Positions 17,700-27,349 of a stretch of DNA of 64,000 bases are shown piece after piece (position 1 is the stretch's first letter; the number at the start of each line of letters is the position of its first letter). Origin of the DNA: an uncultured Bacteroidota bacterium (GTDB lineage: Bacteria; Bacteroidota; Bacteroidia; Flavobacteriales; Flavobacteriaceae); contig CACLGW010000001.1 in assembly GCA_902606525.1 (NCBI GenBank), forward strand, positions 11,303 through 75,302, read 5' to 3'. The position numbers were made by a program, and so were the translations under genes. The notes below the pieces were generated by a model that saw only the letters and a list, made by a program, of their open reading frames with translations, searched no databases and was not told the origin of the DNA.

Positions 17700-17820
17700 A
17701 GTAAAAATATTTTATAAATTTTCAATAATTATTATTAAATCTTAATGATAAAAAAGCCAGAAAACTTTTAATTATATTTAAACAAAACTTGAGTTAGACT
17801 TCTAACACTTTTATTTTTTT

Positions 17821-19305
17821 ATGTATTATATAGGTTATGATATAGGAAGTTCCTCTGTAAAAATTGCTTTAGTTGAATCTAAATCCAATAAAGCAGTTTC
17901 AGTTTTATCCGAACCAAAAGAGGAAATGCAGATTATATCTTCTCAATTAAATTGGGCAGAACAGGACCCTGAAATTTGGTGGAAATATTTATGTAAAGGG
18001 ACACATCGTATCTTATCAGAAAATAATATAGATTACAAAAAAATTTTAGCTGTAGGGATTTCTTATCAAATGCATGGTTTGGTTTTAGTTGATTCCAAAG
18101 GAAAATCGATAAGAAATTCAATTATTTGGTGTGATAGTAGAGCAGTAGATATAGGTGCGAGAGCAGCTAAGGAAATCGGTAAAGAGAAATATAGTAAACA
18201 CTTACTTAATGCACCAGGAAATTTTACGGCCTCTAAACTTAAATGGGTTAAAGAGAATGAAAAAGAAATTTATGCTCAAGTAGCTCACTTTATGCTTCCA
18301 GGAGATTTTATAGCTTTTAAACTAACCAATGAAATAGTAACTACAAAAAATGGCTTGTCTGAAGGGATGCTCTGGGATTATCATGAAAAAAATATTGCTA
18401 ACTGGCTTTTAGAGCACTATGAAATTGATTTAAAGCTTGTACCACCTATAGTAAACAACTTTGAAGAACAGGGAAAAGTGACTGAAAAAGCTGCATTGGA
18501 AACTGGATTACCTAAAGGGATTCCTGTTAGATATAGGGCGGGAGATCAACCTAATAATGCATTTTCATTAAATGTTTTAAGACCGGGAGAAGTTGCTGCA
18601 ACGGGTGGAACTTCTGGAGTGCTTTTTGCTGTAAGAGATCAACCTAAATCAAAAGAATTTTCTCGAGTCAACCATTTTGCGCATGTTAATTATAACTTAA
18701 ACCAATCTTTAATTGGAACTCTTTTATGTATAAATGGAGCTGGAATTCAATACAGCTGGTTAAAAAAAATGACTGAGATTTCAAGCTTTAAAAAAATGAA
18801 TAGATTTGCTGCTCAAGTCAGTGTTGGTTGTGAAGGATTGATAAATCTTCCATTTGGAAATGGAAGTGAACGTATGCTTGACAGTAAAAACATTGGCAGC
18901 CATTTTTGTAATTTAAATTTAAATTTTCATGGTCATGGACATTTATTTCGTTCGACTTTAGAGGGTGTCGCATTTTCATTCGCCTATGGAATGGAAATAA
19001 TGAAAGCAGACGGAATCGATACTAAAGTCATTCGAGCTGGAAATGATAACCTTTTCCAATCACAAATCTTTTCAACTACTTTGTCTACATTAATTGGACA
19101 AACTGTAGAAATATATAATACAACTGGCGCAATTGGAGCTGCCCGTGCAGCGGGTCTAGAAAAAGGAAAAATAAATGAATTGAGTAAAAGTTCTGAAGAA
19201 TATGATAAAGTATCTGAAATCTTCCCGGAATCCAATACTCAACCCTATGAGGATGCTTACGAAAAATGGAAATTTGAATTAAAACAAAAAATAAATAATC
19301 AATGA
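17821..19305 (+). CDS. xylB: Xylulokinase (FGGY carbohydrate kinase)
   Basis: N-terminal [21 protein letters not shown]-terminal domain. ATGA overlap with xylA. Confidence 0.85.
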   Translation: MYYIGYDIGSSSVKIALVESKSNKAVSVLSEPKEEMQIISSQLNWAEQDPEIWWKYLCKGTHRILSENNIDYKKILAVGISYQMHGLVLVDSKGKSIRNSIIWCDSRAVDIGARAAKEIGKEKYSKHLLNAPGNFTASKLKWVKENEKEIYAQVAHFMLPGDFIAFKLTNEIVTTKNGLSEGMLWDYHEKNIANWLLEHYEIDLKLVPPIVNNFEEQGKVTEKAALETGLPKGIPVRYRAGDQPNNAFSLNVLRPGEVAATGGTSGVLFAVRDQPKSKEFSRVNHFAHVNYNLNQSLIGTLLCINGAGIQYSWLKKMTEISSFKKMNRFAAQVSVGCEGLINLPFGNGSERMLDSKNIGSHFCNLNLNFHGHGHLFRSTLEGVAFSFAYGMEIMKADGIDTKVIRAGNDNLFQSQIFSTTLSTLIGQTVEIYNTTGAIGAARAAGLEKGKINELSKSSEEYDKVSEIFPESNTQPYEDAYEKWKFELKQKINNQ

Positions 19306-20627
19306 TACTTACAGGAGATAAAGAATTTTATAAAGGAATAGGATCTATTAAATATGAAGGAAAAGAGTCTGACAATCCTTTCTCGTTCAAATTTTATAAT
19401 CCAGAAAAAAAAGTTATGGGGAAATCCATGGCAGAGCACTTCAAGTTTGCAGTAGCTTATTGGCATAGTTTCTGTGGTCAAGGTGGAGATCCATTTGGAC
19501 CAGGTACTCAGCAATTTCCCTGGGATAGTTCCTCCGATCCTATGCAACGTGCGCGTGATAAGGCTGATGCAGCCTTTGAGTTTATTACTAAAATGGGTTT
19601 TGAATATTTTTGTTTTCATGATGTAGACTTGGTTGATGAGGCAGATAGCCTTTCAGAAAATGAAAAACGCTTACATGAAATAGGAGAATATATATCCCAA
19701 AAGAAACAAGATTCAGGGGTGAAATTATTATGGGGGACAGCCAATTGTTTTTCAAATCCAGTTTATATGAACGGAGCGGCCACCAATCCAGACTTCAACG
19801 TTGTTGCTAGGGCAGGAGCACAAATTAAAATGGCTTTAGATTTAACAATTTCTCTTGGCGGAGAGAATTACGTTTTTTGGGGAGGTAGAGAAGGGTATAT
19901 GTCTTTGCTGAATACTGATATGGGAAGAGAGTTAGATCATATGGCTCAATTTCTAGTAATGGCAAGAGATTATGCTCGAAGTAGAGGTTTTAAAGGAACT
20001 TTTTTTATCGAACCAAAACCGATGGAGCCAATGAAACACCAATATGATTTTGATGCTGCAACAGCTATAGGTTTTTTAAGAGAGTATGGGTTGGAAAAAG
20101 ATTTTAAGCTTAATATAGAGGTTAATCACGCTACCCTTGCTCAACATTCTTTCGAACATGAATTGACAGTGGCAGCTAATGCAGGTATGTTAGGAAGCAT
20201 TGATGCCAATAGAGGAGATAATCAAAATGGCTGGGATACTGACCAATTTCCTGTAAATATTTATGAAGTAACAGAAGCAATGTTAGTTTTTTTACAAGCA
20301 GGTGGGTTAAAAGGTGGAGGAATTAATTTTGATGCTAAAATTAGAAGAAACTCTATTGATTTGGAAGATATTTTTCATGCTCACATTGGCGGTGCTGATA
20401 CCTTTGCTAGGGCACTTCTTACTGCTGAGAAAATTTTGACATCTTCAAAATTTACTTCCCTAAGAAATGAACGCTATGCGTCATTTGATAATGGGCAAGG
20501 ACAGGAATTTGAAAATGGATCACTGACTTTAGAGGATTTATCAGATATAGCTTTGAAAAGTAAAAAGCCAAATAGGATTAGTGGAAAGCAAGAATTTTTT
20601 GAAAACATTATCAATCAGTTTATTTAA
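19302..20627 (+). CDS. xylA: Xylose isomerase (class II, about 440 aa)
   Basis: [23 protein letters not shown] and [15 protein letters not shown] motifs. Confidence 0.95.
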   Translation: MILTGDKEFYKGIGSIKYEGKESDNPFSFKFYNPEKKVMGKSMAEHFKFAVAYWHSFCGQGGDPFGPGTQQFPWDSSSDPMQRARDKADAAFEFITKMGFEYFCFHDVDLVDEADSLSENEKRLHEIGEYISQKKQDSGVKLLWGTANCFSNPVYMNGAATNPDFNVVARAGAQIKMALDLTISLGGENYVFWGGREGYMSLLNTDMGRELDHMAQFLVMARDYARSRGFKGTFFIEPKPMEPMKHQYDFDAATAIGFLREYGLEKDFKLNIEVNHATLAQHSFEHELTVAANAGMLGSIDANRGDNQNGWDTDQFPVNIYEVTEAMLVFLQAGGLKGGGINFDAKIRRNSIDLEDIFHAHIGGADTFARALLTAEKILTSSKFTSLRNERYASFDNGQGQEFENGSLTLEDLSDIALKSKKPNRISGKQEFFENIINQFI

Positions 20628-20717
20628 AAATAAATTAAAAAAGACTTGAAACTTTGATTGAATTATTTCATTTAATTTAAAATAAAAATTAATCTGGAAA
20701 ATAAGTTTTTAAAACAG

Positions 20718-20730
20718 TGACACCGTGTCA
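20718..20730. promoter_or_regulatory. Palindrome TGACAC-C-GTGTCA upstream of etfB (candidate operator; weak-terminator alternative)
   Basis: Read directly. The same core is found at 63525..63537. Followed by T7, and lies 33 nt before the etfB ATG. Confidence 0.45.
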
Positions 20731-20763
20731 TTTTTTTGTATATTTTCGTAAAAAAATAGCTTA

Positions 20764-21510
20764 ATGAATGTATTAGTTTGTATAAGTAATGTCCCTGATA
20801 CAACCTCAAAAATAAATTTCAAAGACGAAAATACGGTATTTGATATTCAAGGTGTACAGTTTATTATTAATCCCAATGATGAATTTGGATTAACTCGGGC
20901 AATTTGGCTTCAGCAAAAAGAAGGAGCTAAGGTTACAGTTGCAACAGTAGGGGATGTAAGTTGCGAGCCAATATTAAGAAAATGCCTAGCAATCGGGGCC
21001 GATCGAGCTGTAAGAGTTGATGCTAAGCCTCAAGATGGATTTCAAGTGGCTATGTATTTGGCTACTTTGTATAAAAATAGTGACTTTGACCTAGTCATAA
21101 CTGGGAGAGAATCCATTGATTACAATGGAGGTATGGTAGGTGGTATTCTCGCTACACATCTTGAAATACCCTATGTTCCCAATTGCATTCAATTGGAAGT
21201 AAGTGGTAAAAATTTGACATTACAAAGAGAAATAGATGGGGGAAAAGAAAGCCTAACAGCATCATTTCCAATTGTAATTGGCGCTCAAAAAGGCTTGGTA
21301 GAGGAAAAAGATCTTATTATTCCTAATATGCGGGGAATCATGCAGGCTCGTCAAAAACCAATGGAAGTAATTTCACCTGAAGCTATTTCTTGTGAAACAT
21401 CTGTGCAACGCTTTGAAAAACCAGCTGAAAAGGGTCCAGTAAAGCTCGTGGATCCAGAGAAAATTGATGAATTGATTGAATTGTTAGAAAACGAAGCAAA
21501 AGTAATTTAA
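20764..21510 (+). CDS. etfB: Electron transfer flavoprotein beta subunit
   Basis: MNVLVCISNVPDTTSKI N-terminus. ...LVITGRESIDYNGG.... Followed by etfA. Confidence 0.9.
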   Translation: MNVLVCISNVPDTTSKINFKDENTVFDIQGVQFIINPNDEFGLTRAIWLQQKEGAKVTVATVGDVSCEPILRKCLAIGADRAVRVDAKPQDGFQVAMYLATLYKNSDFDLVITGRESIDYNGGMVGGILATHLEIPYVPNCIQLEVSGKNLTLQREIDGGKESLTASFPIVIGAQKGLVEEKDLIIPNMRGIMQARQKPMEVISPEAISCETSVQRFEKPAEKGPVKLVDPEKIDELIELLENEAKVI

Positions 21511-21514
21511 AAAA

Positions 21515-22468
21515 ATGGCAGTTGTAGTATTTATAGAATCACAGGAGGGAGAAATTAAAAAAGCAGGTTTTGAATTAGCATCATATGGCCGCTCAATATC
21601 GGACGCAATGAAATGTGATCTTATTGGTGTAGGGTTCAATATTATTGATCCAAAATCACTTAGCAACTATGGAGTAGATAAATTATACAATATTGAGACT
21701 AGAGGAGATTCCTTTTTTGATATTGAAAGATATAGTTCGAGTATAGCTTCAGTCGTTAAAAAAGAGAATGCGAATATTGTTATTGTTAGTAGTTCAGCTG
21801 ATGGTCGTTATCTTGGACCCATTCTTTCTGTAAAAGTTGATGCAGCTTATATTTCTAATGTTGTTGAGCTACCATCACAATATGAACCTTTAACAGTTAA
21901 ACGCTCTTGCTTCACTAATAAAGCATTTAATGAAACTCAGAGCTCAAAAAAGAATAATGTTTTATCACTCTCCTCTAATTCATTTGGATTAAAAGAAAAA
22001 TCAAGTAATATTAAAGTTTTTAGTGAAGATTTCGCACCATCATCAAGTACTCTTAAGGTGAGTAATTTAGATAAAGCTTCTGATAAGGTTAGTATTGCTG
22101 ATGCAGATATAGTCGTGTCAGGTGGTAGAGGTTTAAAAGGTCCAGAAAATTGGTATTTGATTGAAGATTTAGCTGAAGTCATGGGGGCAGCTACAGCATG
22201 TTCTAAACCAGTCTCGGATATGGGTTGGAGATCACATAGTGAACATGTAGGTCAAACTGGAAAACCTGTTGCTTCAAACTTATATATTGCTATTGGAGTT
22301 TCAGGAGCAATTCAACATTTAGCAGGAATAAATTCTTCTAAGGTTAAAGTAGTAATCAATAATGATCCAGAAGCACCATTTTTCAAAGCTGCTGATTACG
22401 GTATTGTTGGTGATGCCTTTGAAGTAGTCCCCAAATTGACTAAAAAATTAAAAGCTCGAAAGCTTTAG
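21515..22468 (+). CDS. etfA: Electron transfer flavoprotein alpha subunit
   Basis: C-terminal FAD-binding region VVSGGRGLKGPENW...VGQTGKPVASNLYIAIGVSGAIQHLAG. Confidence 0.9.
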   Translation: MAVVVFIESQEGEIKKAGFELASYGRSISDAMKCDLIGVGFNIIDPKSLSNYGVDKLYNIETRGDSFFDIERYSSSIASVVKKENANIVIVSSSADGRYLGPILSVKVDAAYISNVVELPSQYEPLTVKRSCFTNKAFNETQSSKKNNVLSLSSNSFGLKEKSSNIKVFSEDFAPSSSTLKVSNLDKASDKVSIADADIVVSGGRGLKGPENWYLIEDLAEVMGAATACSKPVSDMGWRSHSEHVGQTGKPVASNLYIAIGVSGAIQHLAGINSSKVKVVINNDPEAPFFKAADYGIVGDAFEVVPKLTKKLKARKL

Positions 22469-22544
22469 ATATATAAAAACGAAAAAATTTTTATAAACAA
22501 TCTGTTTAAAGATAAATTAGTATTTTTAAAAAAACAGATTTAAA

Positions 22545-23237
22545 ATGAATCGATACATTTTTATAACGATCACATCAATTTTTATTTGTTGTCAGGAATC
22601 GCTAAGTCAAGGCTGGGAAAATTTATCTAACCAAGATAGTTTTGAAGGCTGGCATATTTATCAAAACGAATCAGGTGCTAAAAGTGGTTGGACAGTTGAA
22701 GAAGGTGTTTTTACATTTGATCAAAATAATGCAAAGGGAGAAGGCAATAAAAGCCTACTAACCGATTCGGTTTATTCGAGTTTTGAAATTGAGTTTGAAT
22801 GGAAACTCTCTCCAAATTCAAATAGCGGATTTATGTGGGGAGTGAGTGAAGACATGAAATATGAACATCCTCACGTGACTGGACCTGAAATTCAAATTAT
22901 TGATGCTGAAGTATATGGTGATGACCCAAAACATCAAGTACATAATGTAGGTGCATTATTTGATATGCTCCCTCCTAATAGTATCGCAGCAAAAAAAGCA
23001 GGATCTTGGAATAAGTACCATATTAAAGTTGATCATAAAAAAAATCAAGCATTAATTGTACTTAACGAAGTTGAAGTTAACCGCTTCCCATTGTCGGGTG
23101 AAGAATGGGAAGATATGGTTAAGAAAAGTAAATTTTCTAATATGTCGGGTTTCGGAAAATATAAAGAAGGTCATATATGTTTACAAGATCATCCTGGTCT
23201 AATTTCTTACAAGAATATAAAAATTAAAAGATTATAA
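22545..23237 (+). CDS. DUF1080 (3-keto-disaccharide hydrolase-like) secreted protein
   Basis: Signal peptide. Typical GW...SGWTVEEGVF...SNSGF...GPEIQIID...GHICLQDH pattern. Confidence 0.75.
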   Translation: MNRYIFITITSIFICCQESLSQGWENLSNQDSFEGWHIYQNESGAKSGWTVEEGVFTFDQNNAKGEGNKSLLTDSVYSSFEIEFEWKLSPNSNSGFMWGVSEDMKYEHPHVTGPEIQIIDAEVYGDDPKHQVHNVGALFDMLPPNSIAAKKAGSWNKYHIKVDHKKNQALIVLNEVEVNRFPLSGEEWEDMVKKSKFSNMSGFGKYKEGHICLQDHPGLISYKNIKIKRL

Positions 23238-23313
23238 ATTCATATTAAAATAATGTTAAAATATTTCAAATTCATAAAAAATTGATTAAAAAAATGATCT
23301 TTTCATTATTTAA

Positions 23314-23328
23314 TGCAACTATGTTGCA
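23314..23328. promoter_or_regulatory. Palindrome TGCAAC-TAT-GTTGCA (candidate operator, copy 1)
   Basis: Read directly. 54 nt upstream of the small ORF ATG at 23383. Second copy at 23648..23662. Confidence 0.5.
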
Positions 23329-23382
23329 GAAGTAGATTGATTATATTAATTTAGTATATCAATAATTTTAAAACTAACTAAA

Positions 23383-23520
23383 ATGAAAAAATATTTATTA
23401 TTGCTATTCGCGTTTGCATCTTTTGCAATGGTGTCATGTGAGTCTGACGACGATCATGATGATCACGAGGGGCACGATCACTCTTCATTAGTTCTTGATT
23501 CTCCAGCTAGTGTTACTTAA
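23383..23520 (+). CDS. 45-aa His/Asp-rich mini-lipoprotein (not in the ORF track)
   Basis: Hand translation: MKKYLLLLFAFASFAMVSCESDDDHDDHEGHDHSSLVLDSPASVT*. Signal peptide plus lipobox Cys19. Followed by its own terminator. Confidence 0.55.
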   Translation: MKKYLLLLFAFASFAMVSCESDDDHDDHEGHDHSSLVLDSPASVT

Positions 23521-23559
23521 GTAATTTAACTGAAAAGTTAAATTCAAGAGAATGATTTT

Positions 23560-23599
23560 GGCTTTACTCAAATTAACTTTGGGTAAAGCCATTTTTTTT
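23560..23599 (+). terminator. Rho-independent terminator after the mini-lipoprotein ORF
   Basis: Stem GGCTTTAC / GTAAAGCC (23560-23567 / 23583-23590), followed by ATTTTTTTT. Confidence 0.6.
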
Positions 23600-23641
23600 A
23601 AAATGAAATACTTTTTTTATTTTAAATTAATAACTGATTTC

Positions 23642-23649
23642 TATATTTG
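23642..23649 (+). promoter_or_regulatory. -7 box TATATTTG for the lipoprotein/TonB-receptor operon
   Basis: Exact TAnnTTTG, 45 nt upstream of the ATG at 23694. Overlaps the palindrome by 2 nt. Confidence 0.5.
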
Positions 23650-23662
23650 CAACTTAGTTGCA
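23648..23662. promoter_or_regulatory. Palindrome TGCAAC-TTA-GTTGCA (candidate operator, copy 2)
   Basis: Read directly. Sits between the -7 box and the ATG, where a bound repressor would block RNA polymerase. Confidence 0.5.
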
Positions 23663-23693
23663 TTAACATAAGCCAATTTAAATTTTAAAAAAA

Positions 23694-24239
23694 ATGAAAA
23701 ATATATTTAAAAAAACTTACTTACTATATCTGCCGTTAATTGTATTATTAATTAATTCTTGTAGTAAAGATGATCCTGATGGAATAAATGAACAAGAGTT
23801 TATCTCAAATGTTGTTATCAATGTTACTTCACCTGAGGGAACCTTACAGAGCATTGATTGGGATTTAAGCGAGACAAATACGGAAACAATCAATTTAAAG
23901 GTAAATTCTAATTATAATGTTGGAATTTCTTTTGAAAATAGAAGTGATCCTACAGAAATTGAAGACGTTACACTTGAAATAATAGACGAAGCTGACGAAC
24001 ATCAAGTATTTTTTGAATTTGCTGATGTTTCTATTGATGTTACTTCCGCTAGCGATGATACTAAAGACGGCTCTAGGGGCGTTTTGCTAAAAAGCGTTTG
24101 GAATGCAAGTTCAACAGGTTCTGGTGTAGTCAGAGTTTATTTAATACATCAACCTACAAATTTCAATGCTACTAATCGTGAGGGGTTTGGAGGGTTTAAT
24201 GATGTTGCAATCGATATACCTGTTACAATATCAGATTAG
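23694..24239 (+). CDS. Lipoprotein of unknown function, probably surface-exposed, coupled to a TonB-dependent receptor
   Basis: Lipobox INSC followed by SKDDPDG, which matches the Bacteroidota lipoprotein export signal C-x-K-(D/E)2. Its stop overlaps the GTG start of the receptor by 1 nt. Confidence 0.65.
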   Translation: MKNIFKKTYLLYLPLIVLLINSCSKDDPDGINEQEFISNVVINVTSPEGTLQSIDWDLSETNTETINLKVNSNYNVGISFENRSDPTEIEDVTLEIIDEADEHQVFFEFADVSIDVTSASDDTKDGSRGVLLKSVWNASSTGSGVVRVYLIHQPTNFNATNREGFGGFNDVAIDIPVTISD

Positions 24240-26659
24240 TGTTTCGATCTGAAATTCAATTCTTTATTATCGTATTTAGTTTTGGTTTAGGGAATTTGAT
24301 TTACAGTCAGCCCTGCGATCTAATTCTTAAAGGTAAGATTACAGATTTACACGATGATTCACTTTTAATTGGTGCCCTCGTTACTATTCAGGGCACCAAT
24401 TTTTTTTCTCAGACAGATCTTGACGGGAGATATGAAATTAGTGGACTTTGTGCTGGTAAATATAATATTATATTAAGCCATCCTGAGTGCATAACCATAA
24501 ATAAAAAAATAAATCTAAGTCAGAGTAGAGTATATAATCTCCAGTTAGAGCACCACGTAGATGAATTAGACGAGATTGTAGTTACTGATTCAAAGGTTTC
24601 AAAATTGAGAAAATCCATACAAGAAGTAAGTGTTAATATAAGTGATATAAATTCTTATGGGAGTAATACTCTGGTTGAAGCTTTAAATTATATTCCAGGA
24701 GCATCAATTTTGAAGACTGGCAATTCAATTGGTAAACCAATAATACATGGAATGTACGGCAGCAGAGTTGGAATTGTAACTGACGATTTTAGGCAATACG
24801 ATCAACAGTGGGGTCCTGACCATGCACCTAATATTGATTTTGATTCTTTTGATGTAATCCAGCTAATTAAAGGTGCGGCAGCACTGAAATACGGTGGAGA
24901 CACGTCTGCAGGCTCAATAATTCTGAGTTCAAAAAGAAAGAAATTAAAAGATACACTTTTTGGAAAATCGAGTTTAAATTTTGAATCTAATGGAAGAGGA
25001 GGAAAATTTACTACCAGATTAGAAAAAAACTATTTTAACGGATTTTATATTAACGGAAATTTTACTGGTAAAAGATATGGAGATTTTACAACACCTAATT
25101 ATGTACTTTCAAACTCAGGGTTTAAAGAGGCTAATTTTTCAATTAAATTAGGAAAAGATTTAATTAGTAAAGGTTGGAATTTAAAATACTCTAGATATAA
25201 TCTTGAACCAGGTATACTAAAAGCTTCTCACATAGGAAATGTTCAGGATTTATTCTACGCTTTAAATTCAAATGAGCCTAGTATAATTAATGATTTTACT
25301 TATGATATTGAGGCACCAAAACAATTGGCCAGACATCAAAAATTGACTTTAAGATATTTTAAGTCATTTGAAAATAATACCAAGTTAGAATTTGGTTATA
25401 ATTTTCAAAACAATACGCGAAAAGAATTTGATATTAGACGAGGAGGTCGAACAGAGATTCCAGTGGTTGATTTATTACTTAAAACGCATACTTTAAATGG
25501 GAGCTTGTCTGGTATTAATATTAAAGATTGGAGTTTTGAATTAGGCCTCAATGGTTTTTTTCAAGATAATTTTTCAACCCCAGATACGGGTGTTAAAAGA
25601 CTTATTCCAGATTATATTAAATTTGAAACAGGGATTTATTTATTAGGTAATTTTCAAAAAATTAATTCATTTTTATGGGAATGGGGTTTGAGGTTAGATC
25701 ATGTATCTTATGATTCTAAAAAATATTATTATAAGTCCGTTTGGAATGAGAGGAATTATAACTCTTTATTTAAAGACTTCGAGACAGGGCGAGAATTTGC
25801 TAATCAAATTTTAACCAATCCCAAGTTTAATTATTTAAACCTGTCTGCTCAAACAGGCATCTCACTAAATATTTTAAATGATTTAAAGTTTAAAATGTCA
25901 TATATTTTATCTCAAAGAGCACCAAACCCCTCTGAGTTATTTAGTGATGGATTACACCATGCCATGGCAGCTATAGAATATGGTAGCTTAAGTATAGAGC
26001 CTGAAACTAGTCATAAATTTTTATTTAGCTTTTCAAAAAATAATCAAATTTATAATTGGTCCTTAGAACCATTTATTTCTAAAACTTTTGGTTACATATT
26101 CATAGAACCTACTGGGCTCAAGCAAACCATTAGGGGTGCATTTCCAGTTTGGACTTATGATAGTACAGATGCATTCCTAACAGGTATTGATATAAATTCA
26201 TCTATAAAAATTTATAAAAGTCTAGTTTTTGATTTAGGAGCCTCTTACACCTATGCCCAAGATGAAATAAATAAAGAACCTATAATTCTAATTCCACCTC
26301 TTAATACTTTTCAAAAATTAAAATTCATACCTTCAAAAGGTAAGTGGACTTTAGAATTTACTAACCAAATAAGTGCAAAGCAAAACAGATTTCCAAATTC
26401 AAATTTTATCTTTGACTATATTGAAGACGGAAAACTTGTATCAAAAACTGTAGATATAAGCAGATCTCCAAGAGGATTTCAAAAATTAGACGCAATTTTT
26501 TCAGTTCAAATTGGAAATCAAAATAATTTAAAAAGTAGTTTAAGATTGATTTTACAGAATATTACAAACGCGGATTACCGAGATTATCTAAATAGAATGA
26601 GATTTTATTCTTCTGAAATAGGAAGAAATTTTCAAGTCCAACTAAACTTTAGTTATTAA
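24239..26659 (+). CDS. TonB-dependent receptor with an N-terminal carboxypeptidase-regulatory-like domain
   Basis: LKGKITDLHDDSLLIGALVTIQGT...DGRYEI. Plug motif IQLIKGAAALKYGGDTSAGSIILSS. C-terminal ...RNFQVQLNFSY. GTG start. Confidence 0.85.
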   Translation: MFRSEIQFFIIVFSFGLGNLIYSQPCDLILKGKITDLHDDSLLIGALVTIQGTNFFSQTDLDGRYEISGLCAGKYNIILSHPECITINKKINLSQSRVYNLQLEHHVDELDEIVVTDSKVSKLRKSIQEVSVNISDINSYGSNTLVEALNYIPGASILKTGNSIGKPIIHGMYGSRVGIVTDDFRQYDQQWGPDHAPNIDFDSFDVIQLIKGAAALKYGGDTSAGSIILSSKRKKLKDTLFGKSSLNFESNGRGGKFTTRLEKNYFNGFYINGNFTGKRYGDFTTPNYVLSNSGFKEANFSIKLGKDLISKGWNLKYSRYNLEPGILKASHIGNVQDLFYALNSNEPSIINDFTYDIEAPKQLARHQKLTLRYFKSFENNTKLEFGYNFQNNTRKEFDIRRGGRTEIPVVDLLLKTHTLNGSLSGINIKDWSFELGLNGFFQDNFSTPDTGVKRLIPDYIKFETGIYLLGNFQKINSFLWEWGLRLDHVSYDSKKYYYKSVWNERNYNSLFKDFETGREFANQILTNPKFNYLNLSAQTGISLNILNDLKFKMSYILSQRAPNPSELFSDGLHHAMAAIEYGSLSIEPETSHKFLFSFSKNNQIYNWSLEPFISKTFGYIFIEPTGLKQTIRGAFPVWTYDSTDAFLTGIDINSSIKIYKSLVFDLGASYTYAQDEINKEPIILIPPLNTFQKLKFIPSKGKWTLEFTNQISAKQNRFPNSNFIFDYIEDGKLVSKTVDISRSPRGFQKLDAIFSVQIGNQNNLKSSLRLILQNITNADYRDYLNRMRFYSSEIGRNFQVQLNFSY

Positions 26660-26716
26660 ATTATGACTAAATACTTTTAAAGAAATTTATATTATTATAT
26701 TAATTGTTCAAAGTCT

Positions 26717-27286
26717 ATGATGTCATTTATCTATAATCTACTATTAATAGCTATTATACTTTGCCATTTTAAAATTTATTCTCAGGACACTAGTTTAATT
26801 GAAGGGGAATATAATGATCCCTCATTACAGACTCAAACTGCATTTGTTGAAGAGATTCTTTATGTTGCAGGGTATGTGCCAGAAGATATTGAGGTTTATC
26901 AAACACTTCCAAATTATGCTCACGTTTTTCGAATAAAATTAGATTCAGTTACTGGAGGATTTATATTTGTTCGTTGGGATAAAGAAAAAAAAGAACATTT
27001 TATTGCTAACAAAATGATTGATCCAGGGTTTTATTACAATCTTAAGGCAGCACGTGAAATTATGCAAAAGCAAACTCAAAACGCAAGCTTTAGTGTTAAA
27101 GACAAGGCCCTTCAAGCTTCTGATCAAGTACAAATTAACGAGGCTGATTTACAAGAAATACGGGAAGCCTATGATCTAAAAGAAGATGAGAAAAGAAAAA
27201 TAGCTAACGAAATAAAGCAGAAAGAAATACAAAAGGAGCAACGAAAGATTGAAAGGAAAGCTTCTAAGAAAAAAAATAACCTTTAA
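26717..27286 (+). CDS. Secreted hypothetical protein with a Lys/Glu-rich C-terminal tail
   Basis: Signal peptide and ORF length only. No recognisable family. Confidence 0.45.
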   Translation: MMSFIYNLLLIAIILCHFKIYSQDTSLIEGEYNDPSLQTQTAFVEEILYVAGYVPEDIEVYQTLPNYAHVFRIKLDSVTGGFIFVRWDKEKKEHFIANKMIDPGFYYNLKAAREIMQKQTQNASFSVKDKALQASDQVQINEADLQEIREAYDLKEDEKRKIANEIKQKEIQKEQRKIERKASKKKNNL

Positions 27287-27349
27287 AATAGTTATTACTT
27301 ACATATAATAAACCAGTATTTAAATACCCATATTTTCAAAAAGATGTTT

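Noticed and set aside
22469-22544. Inverted repeat AATCTGTTT ... AAACAGATT after etfA as a terminator
   Set aside because: The loop is about 24 nt and no T-run follows, so this is not a convincing intrinsic terminator.
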